This document shows positions 17,077 to 25,534 of a stretch of DNA of 34,738 nucleotides, one piece after another (the first letter of the stretch is position 1; each line of letters opens with the position of its first letter). Source of the DNA: Alphaproteobacteria bacterium (GTDB lineage: Bacteria; Pseudomonadota; Alphaproteobacteria; GCA-2731375); assembly GCA_028281075.1 (NCBI GenBank), contig JANQKO010000059.1:1-34738 (forward strand), written 5' to 3'. The position numbers and the translations under genes are program-made. A model generated the notes under the pieces. It made no database searches. It worked only from the letters and a program-made list of their open reading frames with translations, and had not been told where the DNA came from.

Positions 17077-17964
17077 ATGGCAGACGTGATCAATATCGAG
17101 TTTACGCGGTTCTCGGCCTTTTACAGCCCGCTGATCGCGACCATCGCCGGCGGGTTCCTGGAAGACGAGGGGTTGAGCCCAAGGCACGCGGTGTCGGCGC
17201 CGGGGCGCACGGCCATCGACTCCCTGATCGACGGCACGGCGCACGTGGTGCAGTCGGCGCTGAGCCAGGGCTTCGGGCCGCTGGAGCGTGGGCAAACGCC
17301 GCCGGCGGTGCATTTCGCCCAGATCAACGAGCGCGACGGGTTCTTCCTCACGGCCTGCGCCCCCGACCCGGATTTCACATGGGCCAAGCTCGCTGGCAAG
17401 CGCGTCATAATCGACCACGGCGCCCAGCCGCTCGCCATGTTCAGATACGCCTGCCACAAGCAGGGCCTGGATTTCGGGAGCATCACGGCCGTCGACGCCG
17501 GCGGCACGGCTGAGATGATCGCGGCCTTCCGCGCGGGCGACGGCGACTACGTCCACCTGCAAGGCCCCGCCCCGCAACAGCTCGAGCACGACAACGCCGG
17601 CCACGTCGTCGCGTCCGTCGGCGAAGCTATCGGCCCTGTCGCCTTCTCCAGCCTCGCCGCCACCCGCGAGTGGCTCCAGACCGACATGGCCGCCGCCTTC
17701 ATGCGCGCCTACCGCAAGGCCCGCGCCTGGCTGATCGAAACGCCGGCCGCCGAGGTCGCCCGCGCCGAAGCCGACTTCTTCCCCGACATCGACAGGCAAG
17801 TCCTCACCGCCAACCTCGCCTTCTACCAAACCCTCGGCTGCTGGTCCCCCCACGTCGAGATCACGCCGGAGGCCTACGAAGTCACGGTCGACGTGTTCAT
17901 GCACGCCGGCCTGATCACGCAACGGCACCCCTATGAGGCGATTGTGGCGACGCCGCCAGGGTAG
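17077..17964 (+). CDS. NMT1/THI5-like (ABC substrate-binding-protein-like) protein, no obvious signal peptide
   Basis: ~295-aa ORF. ATG 17077 follows GGGAGGTGGGG. It has a periplasmic-binding-protein-like N-terminus (FTRFSAFYSPLIATIAGGFLEDEGL). No transporter partners are adjacent. The product call is weak. Confidence 0.55.
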   Translation: MADVINIEFTRFSAFYSPLIATIAGGFLEDEGLSPRHAVSAPGRTAIDSLIDGTAHVVQSALSQGFGPLERGQTPPAVHFAQINERDGFFLTACAPDPDFTWAKLAGKRVIIDHGAQPLAMFRYACHKQGLDFGSITAVDAGGTAEMIAAFRAGDGDYVHLQGPAPQQLEHDNAGHVVASVGEAIGPVAFSSLAATREWLQTDMAAAFMRAYRKARAWLIETPAAEVARAEADFFPDIDRQVLTANLAFYQTLGCWSPHVEITPEAYEVTVDVFMHAGLITQRHPYEAIVATPPG

Positions 17965-18335
17965 GTCGAACATGCTCAATTCGAAGCTTTAGAGACCCAA
18001 GCAACCTAAGTGTTTGAATCCTCTCACCCAACGCTTAGATGTCTTTGTCGGTTGGAACTAGTTGGCCGAATGGCCATTTGACCGCCCACCACGCTTGCAG
18101 CGTCCGACCAAAAATCACTAAGGGTCTCGGCTAGGAATTGATATGCTATCTTCCGACTTTAGACTAGCTGTAATAGCGACGGCAGTAACGATGCTATGCT
18201 ACGTTGGCTACCTCAATTCGGACCTTTAATCATGATCCGCATCCGGAAATCCTCGATGCCGATATAAACAGCAAAAACGATTTTCGTTACTAAATCAACT
18301 TAGACAACATAGTAGGGTACTACACTTGAATATTC

Positions 18336-21300
18336 ATGCCACCCACTGACGAACATTCGATCTACATCCCTCGCCGCTTGACGAGAATTGACGATGATGG
18401 AAACATCCAGGAAATAAAAGAGTCTGAACTGTCAAGTCGAAGCTTGCCAATCGTGGTATTGGGCGAACCAGGCATGGGCAAAACTCGTTTGCTCGAACAG
18501 CTCGCCAATGACCAGAAAAATTGGCGCTTCATACGCGCTGGCACCATTGTACGAAACCCTCAGAAAGCCTGGTCCCCAAATCCTAAGCAAATTCTGGTGA
18601 TTGACGCTCTTGATGAAGTAGCGGCTCTCCAAGAGGGGGATCCGCTACACAATGTTCTGAAAGCACTTGGCGAGATTAACTATCCGAACTTCGTCATGTC
18701 CTGCCGTTCAGCGGACTGGCGCAGCGCAATAGCCAAATTCGATATTGCTGAAGACTACTCTAATGCACCAGAGGAATGGATTCTAGAACCCATCACGAGA
18801 GATGAAGCTCTAGACTTCCTGCTCGGTCAACAAGTGCGAAGAGAGATTGCCGACGAGCTGGTTCTCCAACTCGAAGCCAGAAATCTTTTTGAATTGTTCC
18901 GTAATCCACTCACGTTAAGCCTGCTGGCAAATGTGGTCAAGACACCGAACTACACACTTCCAAAAACGAAGGCAGATTTATTTGCGCAGGCTACTGATTT
19001 TCTGCGGCTAGAGATGAATAACAGACACGCTGATAAAGAATTTGCCCAAATGGCAAAAGAGCAGGCTTTGGATGCGGCAGGAGCGGCTATGGCCGGATTG
19101 CTGCTTACAGGCAAAGACAATATTTCGATCGGCCAAAACTCAAGTGAAAACAGCAATAATCTGCCTATCTCAGAAGTGACAACTCTTCCGAATGGTGAAT
19201 ATGCAAAAGCCCTTCTACACAGCCGACTCTTTCGGATTGGAGAATTCCATGAGCGTGGGTTTGTTCCCCTCCATCGCACGGTCGCTGAATATTTGGGCGC
19301 GCGGTGGTTGGCGAGGCGGATAAGGGGCAACAGGCAAGCGACGGCACGTTTTTTTGCGTTGATCACAGCCGATGGACTTGTCCCCGCCTCTCTGCGAGGT
19401 CTGCATGCTTGGTTGGCGCATTGGAGTCCTGAGCTTGCAAGAATAGTAATAGAAAATGATCCGTACGGATTGTTGCGCTACGGCGACGCCGATGGTCTTG
19501 ACGTAGTGCAAGGCAGAGAATTGCTAGCAGCGTTGCAGCGCTTGGAGGAAGAGCAACCATACTTTCGTGCCGGGGACTGGGCTCACTACTCTGCAAAAGG
19601 ACTGATGCACGAAGAACTGGTCGATGTAATGCGTGCCGTCATCACCAGTAGTGGCACCGGCTATCAATTGCGTACTCTTCTGCTCGAAGCCCTCAAAGAT
19701 ACTTCGATGGCGGATAAGCTTGGCTCCGAACTTGAAGCGATGATTAGAAATTCAACGCTCGACACCGGTGAGCGCTTGGACGCAGGGTTGGCTCTAGCTG
19801 GTGCCAGCGACTACGCGATCAATTGGCCTCAACTCATTGACGATTTGCGCGAAGAAGAGAATGAGGATTCACCGCATTTAGCAATCGGATTGATACTAGA
19901 GATCGGAATAGAGAAATTCTCCGATTGGTCAATTGCGAAGACGGTGCTTGCCGCAGTGGGACTTCTAGGATCGAGCAGCAGAAGGCGAGGCAGTGCGTAT
20001 TTCGGCAGCCTCCATAGTCTCGCACAAGCGATTCCAGATGATCGCACAGCAACAATGCTCGATTGCCTTGCTGACGAAGTCGCAGCACAACGATCCAGCA
20101 AAGACTCAGATCGGGAGAGTTGGGAAATTCAGTTCGAGATCGGTGGCTTTTCTCGGAAGCTAATAGCTCGACAACTCGAGCACGGCATTGATGATCCCCT
20201 GCGCCTCTGGCGATGGCTCGAAGCTCTCGAGGATAAAAACGGCTACGATGATGAAACTCGCAAGAAAATTGCGAAGTTCCTAAAAACTAACTCCAATGCG
20301 CGGGTTGCCATTCAGAGTCATTTCTTGTTTTCGACCGCATCAGAGCACTGGCGACTCGGCAGTCTCTATACCGCGAATCAGATATCGTCGGGTCTGATAC
20401 TCCAACCAGAAGACATTATCTTTCATCTACAGCAAATTGCTGAACGCAACGATAGAAGCGATCGTTACCGCGAGGTTTGGCGCACGCTGGTAGCTGTATC
20501 CCGGGGCGTAAACGGTATTCCTGACGACGTACGCGCTGTCGCCACGCCTTATGCATTGGGTGACGACGAACTTACCAATTTCCTCGATCCCAAACCGTCA
20601 CCTAGCGATCTGGATCGGCAAAACCGAGAGAAGATGTGGGAAGCACAGCGCAAGCGACAAGAAAAGGATAAGAAACGGCTATGGGATAAACACCGCACAG
20701 ATTTCGCGGCCCACAAGAATGAAATGCGATCCGGCGAGCTTGGCTGGATCGCGTCGCCAGCCAAAGTATATTTCGGTCTATTCAGCGACGTCGACACCGA
20801 GAAGGATCCACCTGATCGCATTAGAGATTGGCTAGGTCCAGAACTTCAGCAAACGGCATTGGCGGGGTTCGAGGCGACGCTTTTCCGCGACGATATTCCA
20901 ACACCAGAACAAGTAGCCAACAGCTATGCGGTTGGTAAGTACTGGAACTACATACATCCAATTTTGGCTGGTCTCGTCGAACGCTGGCGAAATGGTCGCG
21001 ATTTTAGCAATGTACCGATCGATGTGATCATGACTGGACGGCTCGGGGCCAGCAGTGAACTAATTGAACAACATGCCAAGCTTGAGGGATTTGAAGACGC
21101 ACTTGAAGCTCTACTCAGAACCGATCAAGCAATATTTGAGAGGTTTTTGAGGACTTGGTTAGAGCCGCATCTCTCGGTCGAACATCAACATGTCATGGGT
21201 CTCTACAAGTTTGCTCGTGATGTCAGCTATCGCCCTCTTTCTACCAAGCTTGCGGCGGAATGGCTTGGGAGATTTCCGAATCTTCCATTTCAGACAGAAA

Positions 21301-22427
21301 GCGAATTGATCTATTGCCTTGCAACAGCACCTGTTTCCGAGCGCAATTCGGCTTGGAGTGAGCTAATGGTCCTGGCGGAAAAACGTCGCCAAGTTGGCTT
21401 TCAGTCTGATGAGCACGGATACTTGTGGCAGTCTGTGTGCTTTCTCGTCGATTTTGAGAGTAACGGCAACTGGCTGAGATCCGGCGGAGACCTAAAGCCC
21501 GAGTTCATTTGGAGCATCCGCTCAATCCTCAACTATCAGCGTCATATTGTAGGCGACCCTCTCCCCATATCATCGAAACAATTAGCGTGGATCGTTCGGG
21601 TATTCAGGAGGATTTGGCCTCGAACCGATCGTCCCGGCGGCGTTACCTCAGGCGATGTCAATCCTTGGGACGCGGTGGAGTTTATTGATTGGGCTATTTC
21701 ACAGCTTGCAAGTAAGACATCCGATAATGCAATGGAACAACTTACCGCTCTACTCAATGCGCCGAAGGACAGCTACACGACCCGTCTAAAGGATGCTGTT
21801 GCCAATCAACGCCGCTCGCGCATGGAAGCGTCATTCGGGTCTATCAGTCTGACCGACTTTGCCGCCGCGCTGAGGAATGACACTCCGCGCTCAGCCGATG
21901 AGGTACAGGTAATAGTACTTGACGAAATTGCCCAGTTGCAGAAAGAGCTTCGTGGAAATGCCACGAATACTGTCGAGCATTTTTATGACCATAACGGTAG
22001 ACCAAAAACAGAAAATGAATGCCGCAACTTGTTGCTGGACCTGCTGAGACGACTCCCGTTTGGCATTCAAACGTCGCCTGAAGAAGCGATGCCTGGAGGG
22101 ACTCGGGCTGATGCCGGCTTTCGGCTCGACAACATAAAGGTTCCATTGGAAACCAAGGGCCAATGGCACCGAAATGTCTGGGAGGCTGCCAATTCACAAC
22201 TTGGCCAGCTTTATTCCATTGACCATCAAGCGCACGGTCGGGGCATCTATGTCGTGTTTTGGTTTGGTCGCGACGCACCACCCGGCAAAAGACTTAGGCG
22301 CCCTCCAGACAACAGGGATTCACCCCAAACGTCCGAGCAGATGAAAACGATGCTGGAACGGCGAATTCAACCGGCGCTGCGTGGTTCCATTGCCGTGTTT
22401 GTGCTCGACCTAAGTAAATCAAATTAG
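18336..22427 (+). CDS. Giant STAND/NACHT-type P-loop NTPase with C-terminal PD-(D/E)xK-like nuclease module
   Basis: 1363 aa. Walker A GEPGMGKT (aa 43-50, nt 18462-18485). Walker B ILVIDALDE (aa 86-94). NACHT-like NFVMSCRS and FRNPLTLSLL motifs. A long helical middle. C-terminus: ENECRNLLLDLL...TRADAGF(x12)LETKG (D1259 at nt 22110; E1272/K1274 at nt 22149-22157). Confidence 0.8.
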   Translation: MPPTDEHSIYIPRRLTRIDDDGNIQEIKESELSSRSLPIVVLGEPGMGKTRLLEQLANDQKNWRFIRAGTIVRNPQKAWSPNPKQILVIDALDEVAALQEGDPLHNVLKALGEINYPNFVMSCRSADWRSAIAKFDIAEDYSNAPEEWILEPITRDEALDFLLGQQVRREIADELVLQLEARNLFELFRNPLTLSLLANVVKTPNYTLPKTKADLFAQATDFLRLEMNNRHADKEFAQMAKEQALDAAGAAMAGLLLTGKDNISIGQNSSENSNNLPISEVTTLPNGEYAKALLHSRLFRIGEFHERGFVPLHRTVAEYLGARWLARRIRGNRQATARFFALITADGLVPASLRGLHAWLAHWSPELARIVIENDPYGLLRYGDADGLDVVQGRELLAALQRLEEEQPYFRAGDWAHYSAKGLMHEELVDVMRAVITSSGTGYQLRTLLLEALKDTSMADKLGSELEAMIRNSTLDTGERLDAGLALAGASDYAINWPQLIDDLREEENEDSPHLAIGLILEIGIEKFSDWSIAKTVLAAVGLLGSSSRRRGSAYFGSLHSLAQAIPDDRTATMLDCLADEVAAQRSSKDSDRESWEIQFEIGGFSRKLIARQLEHGIDDPLRLWRWLEALEDKNGYDDETRKKIAKFLKTNSNARVAIQSHFLFSTASEHWRLGSLYTANQISSGLILQPEDIIFHLQQIAERNDRSDRYREVWRTLVAVSRGVNGIPDDVRAVATPYALGDDELTNFLDPKPSPSDLDRQNREKMWEAQRKRQEKDKKRLWDKHRTDFAAHKNEMRSGELGWIASPAKVYFGLFSDVDTEKDPPDRIRDWLGPELQQTALAGFEATLFRDDIPTPEQVANSYAVGKYWNYIHPILAGLVERWRNGRDFSNVPIDVIMTGRLGASSELIEQHAKLEGFEDALEALLRTDQAIFERFLRTWLEPHLSVEHQHVMGLYKFARDVSYRPLSTKLAAEWLGRFPNLPFQTESELIYCLATAPVSERNSAWSELMVLAEKRRQVGFQSDEHGYLWQSVCFLVDFESNGNWLRSGGDLKPEFIWSIRSILNYQRHIVGDPLPISSKQLAWIVRVFRRIWPRTDRPGGVTSGDVNPWDAVEFIDWAISQLASKTSDNAMEQLTALLNAPKDSYTTRLKDAVANQRRSRMEASFGSISLTDFAAALRNDTPRSADEVQVIVLDEIAQLQKELRGNATNTVEHFYDHNGRPKTENECRNLLLDLLRRLPFGIQTSPEEAMPGGTRADAGFRLDNIKVPLETKGQWHRNVWEAANSQLGQLYSIDHQAHGRGIYVVFWFGRDAPPGKRLRRPPDNRDSPQTSEQMKTMLERRIQPALRGSIAVFVLDLSKSN

Positions 22428-22438
22428 GGAAGTTAGAG

Positions 22439-23740
22439 TTGGCAGCGGCTACGACCGAATCGAACCGCTCCGACGGCCGCCTGGAACGCCAACTCAAGAG
22501 TACGATTCTAGAAAGGCTCGAAAACTTCGATTGCGTCGCCCTTCTTGGACCTCGCCAAGTAGGCAAAACCATACTCGCTAGAGAGATTATCTCGAACCAT
22601 TCCAACTCAATTTATTTGGACCTTCAAAGTCCGAAGGACCTTGAAACACTAGGCAACGGAGAACAGTTGTTCACCGATAACCAACATGCCCTCATTGTGT
22701 TGGATGAAGTCCAATGCCGGCCTGACCTCTTTCCAATCTTGCAAAGCCAGATAGATTCTCGCCGAGATCGATTAGGAGACGATCGCGGACGTTTCTTGAT
22801 ACTGGGGTCGGCCAGCTTAGATCTGCGGCGTGCTGCCTCCAAAAGTCTTACTGGGCGTATGAGTGAAGTTCTTTTGCCAGGCTTTCAACTCGTCGAAGTA
22901 AGTCAGATGAATCATGCGACATTTGGCGCTATTCCAACTGATCCCACCGAATACGAGCAACAAACGGCTAGTAACCCGACCGCTCCGCCTCTGGATCAAG
23001 ATAATGTCAACCGACTTTGGCTAAGGGGCGGTTTTCCGTTGAGCTACTTGGCGAAAAACGATCAATCGAGCCTGCAATGGAGGCGGGATTTCATTCAAGC
23101 CTACATTGAACGCGATATTGCAGACCTCGGGCTTACCGTACACCCACCAACACTTGGCCGTTGCTGGGGATTACTTGCTTCGCGCCAAGGCTCAATTTGG
23201 AACAAAGGAAAATTCTCCAATGCCCTTGGAGTGAAGATCACGCAAATAGACGAATGTATTTATGCCCTTGAAAAGCTCTTATTCATTCGTGCGTTACCGT
23301 CATGGCATGGTGATGTTAGAAGGCAGTTAATCAGAGCTCCAAAATATTATGTCTGTGACTCGGGACTGCTTCATTCCCTATTGAACATCAGAACCATAGA
23401 TGAGCTTGTCGAGCAGGAAGTTGCAGGTCACAGCTGGGAAGGGTTTGTAATTGAGACGCTCATTAACGCAGCACCAAGAGCACAAGCCGCTTTCTTCTAT
23501 CGCGACCAATATGGTTCGGAAGTCGATCTAGTGCTGGAATTCTCTATAAACAATCGTTGGGCGATTGAGGTAAAATTCAGCGGTGATCCAGATGTCACAA
23601 AAGGATGTCTCACGGCAGCTGATGTTATGAAAGCTAGCCGAAGACTAGTGGTCCACACAGGACCGGAGAGTTTCACAATGAATAATGGCTTTGAAGCCAT
23701 GACATTAATTGATGCTTGTGCCGCCGCAGCTGCTGCATAG
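22439..23740 (+). CDS. AAA+ ATPase with DUF4143 domain (COG1373-like; AAA_14 + DUF4143)
   Basis: 433 aa with a TTG start 11 nt after the upstream stop. Walker A GPRQVGKT (aa 37-44), Walker B LIVLDEVQ, GSAS, LRGGFP, PKYYVCDSGL, and a terminal restriction-endonuclease-like SEVDLVLE...WAIEVKFS. Confidence 0.85.
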   Translation: MAAATTESNRSDGRLERQLKSTILERLENFDCVALLGPRQVGKTILAREIISNHSNSIYLDLQSPKDLETLGNGEQLFTDNQHALIVLDEVQCRPDLFPILQSQIDSRRDRLGDDRGRFLILGSASLDLRRAASKSLTGRMSEVLLPGFQLVEVSQMNHATFGAIPTDPTEYEQQTASNPTAPPLDQDNVNRLWLRGGFPLSYLAKNDQSSLQWRRDFIQAYIERDIADLGLTVHPPTLGRCWGLLASRQGSIWNKGKFSNALGVKITQIDECIYALEKLLFIRALPSWHGDVRRQLIRAPKYYVCDSGLLHSLLNIRTIDELVEQEVAGHSWEGFVIETLINAAPRAQAAFFYRDQYGSEVDLVLEFSINNRWAIEVKFSGDPDVTKGCLTAADVMKASRRLVVHTGPESFTMNNGFEAMTLIDACAAAAAA

Positions 23741-23894
23741 ACGATCGACCTGTGGTCGCAGCGTCGAAGCGAGTCTCACGTAGCTCGACTACGAAAATTA
23801 TACAACAGACCGCCGAACGCATAAGTACACGATCATCATTCTGTCCAAGCGCCCGTCAAAATCTGAAATTGCTCTCAAATTGGGCAGGCAGACT

Positions 23895-24505
23895 TCAGTA
23901 TCCTGTCTGCCATAAACTGCCGAACGGCTCCAACCGCAACCACGCTACCGTCTCCCGCAAAAACGTCGGGATGTCGTGTAGCGGCACGTTGAGGCTGTTG
24001 CGGCGGGTGAAGTCGAAGCCGGTTGCGGGTGCGAGTGCGAGTGGCTCGGTGAGCGGGGCGGGCATCTTCATGTCGGGGAGGATCTTTTTGAGCTCGGCGT
24101 AGATGTCCTGCCAGTGCCAGCTATCGTAGACACCATAGTAGCGGCCGGACGCGGCCTCGTTTTCGTAGGCCGCCAGGAACAGCGCGGCGAGGTCGTGGAG
24201 GTGGATCATCGACGTGGAATCGTTGGGGATCTTCTCGTGCCTCGGCGGGCCGCCGGCGATGAGGGACCGCAGCCATTTGTGCGGGTTGTGCTCCAAATGC
24301 CCTGGCAGGATGACGGGGCCGAACAGGCCGGTCGGCAATAGAATGCAGAGACGCATGTCGTGCTCGGCGGCAAACGCGATGGCAGCCTTTTCCATCACGG
24401 TCTTGGTGGCGGATGTGTATTTCTTGGCCCGGCACTGCTCGCCTTCGTCGGACCAGTGGTCGACCTCGTTCTTGACCGGCACGGGCGGCACCGGATTGGT
24501 GCTGC
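23895..24505 (-). pseudogene. 5'-truncated copy of the NAD-dependent epimerase/dehydratase gene at 25682-26686
   Basis: 23958-24505 aligns without gaps to 25721-26268, with roughly 30 substitutions by eye. Protein-level similarity continues to the stop (ETVAWLRLEPF vs ETIEWLRSAPF). Homology breaks at 24505/24506 within the STNPVPP codons. No Rossmann N-terminus is present. Confidence 0.85.
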
Positions 24506-24537
24506 ATATACAGATCAACGTTTGGCCCCACTTCCCA

Positions 24538-25026
24538 TTACGTATTCGACATAACAAACCTCATTACCTTTACCAAGTCTATACAAATATAAACCAATGA
24601 TTTTGGATTTGGTGGGTATGATTCTGATCTTATTCCACTCTCGATTCTTCCAGATTCGCCACTCCACAATATGAAATATCTCGAAAAATTTCCCGATAAA
24701 ACTACCTCCTCAATATTACTTCTATTATTAAATATACTCACAAAAATTTTATTCGCAAATTCTGATGCTTGTTTTGGCCTCATTCCAAATCTTGATAACT
24801 CACTCAATATCATTATTTCGACAATGTCGAGTTTTGAATACAACCTTTTCTTCCCAGATTTGATCTTTTTGTCGGCACGTTGAAGCAAGCCTCTGTTTAC
24901 CCAGTGCTGAAATTGTCCCGGAGGAAGCCCACATACCCGGCAAACGTCAGCCTGAACATATTGCTTTTTCAACATATTGAATGACGAACCTCTGCTACTT
25001 TTAGGAGAAAATCTTCTCGTAGACAT
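24538..25026 (-). CDS. MerR/excisionase-like helix-turn-helix protein (hypothetical)
   Basis: 162-aa ORF at ~33% GC. VCRVCGLPPGQFQHWVNRGLL...GKKRLYSKLDIVEIMILSELSRFGMRPKQA resembles a MerR-type HTH plus wing. The alternative start MLKKQY (codon 18) would place the HTH at the canonical N-terminal position. Confidence 0.6.
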   Translation of the reverse strand: MSTRRFSPKSSRGSSFNMLKKQYVQADVCRVCGLPPGQFQHWVNRGLLQRADKKIKSGKKRLYSKLDIVEIMILSELSRFGMRPKQASEFANKIFVSIFNNRSNIEEVVLSGNFSRYFILWSGESGRIESGIRSESYPPNPKSLVYICIDLVKVMRFVMSNT

Positions 25027-25071
25027 CTTTTTTTAGCCGTTCCTCAATACCCCAAACGTGCCAAAAATTAG

Positions 25072-25087
25072 AATACCAACTGGTATT
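25072..25087. promoter_or_regulatory. Palindromic operator-like site upstream of the HTH gene
   Basis: AATACCA-AC-TGGTATT, perfect 7-bp inverted arms, ~50 nt upstream of the 25026 start in an AT-rich spacer. Confidence 0.3.
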
Positions 25088-25381
25088 TTACTTACTCGCG
25101 ATGCTCATCGCCAACGCAGTTTTTGTGCCCAAAAAAGAAGGTTTTGGTGGGTTATTCGATCACTTTTTCGTGATAGCCGCGAACTCAAAAAGGCAATTGG
25201 CTCCAATCAGGTTCACTATCCATCTTATAAGGCGTTGTTTTATCGTAAGAATTTTCAAGTAGGGGGTCAGCCACAATCTGTCACCGATGCTGACCGCGCC
25301 GTTCTATAGGTACTGCAACCGAACAGCAGCAGTTGCGGAGGTGGCAGCACCGTTTTGAAAACAAACCAGTAGGTTGAATCA

Positions 25382-25534
25382 ATGTCAAAACGGCCCCCTA
25401 AAATCCGTGTCAGGTTTCCGTTCGGAAACGGGACCAACATCACAATCGAGATTAGCGGAACTGTGGCAGTCATTACAGCGATTGCCGTTCCAACTTCATT
25501 AGCATTCCTCGGGCGCCTTTTTGGACTCTGGTAG
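25382..25534 (+). CDS. Possible 50-aa small membrane protein (hypothetical, unsupported by homology)
   Basis: MSKRPPKIRVRFPFGNGTNITIEISGTVAVITAIAVPTSLAFLGRLFGLW has a basic N-terminus and one hydrophobic C-terminal segment. The SD is weak. It is shorter than the ORF-track cutoff. Confidence 0.2.
   Translation: MSKRPPKIRVRFPFGNGTNITIEISGTVAVITAIAVPTSLAFLGRLFGLW

Noticed and set aside
23716-24102. 128-aa plus-strand ORF, plus 24114-24600 plus-strand ORFs across the epimerase fragment
   Set aside because: They are antisense to the clearly homologous epimerase reading frame and have no motifs. They are shadow ORFs of the pseudogene.
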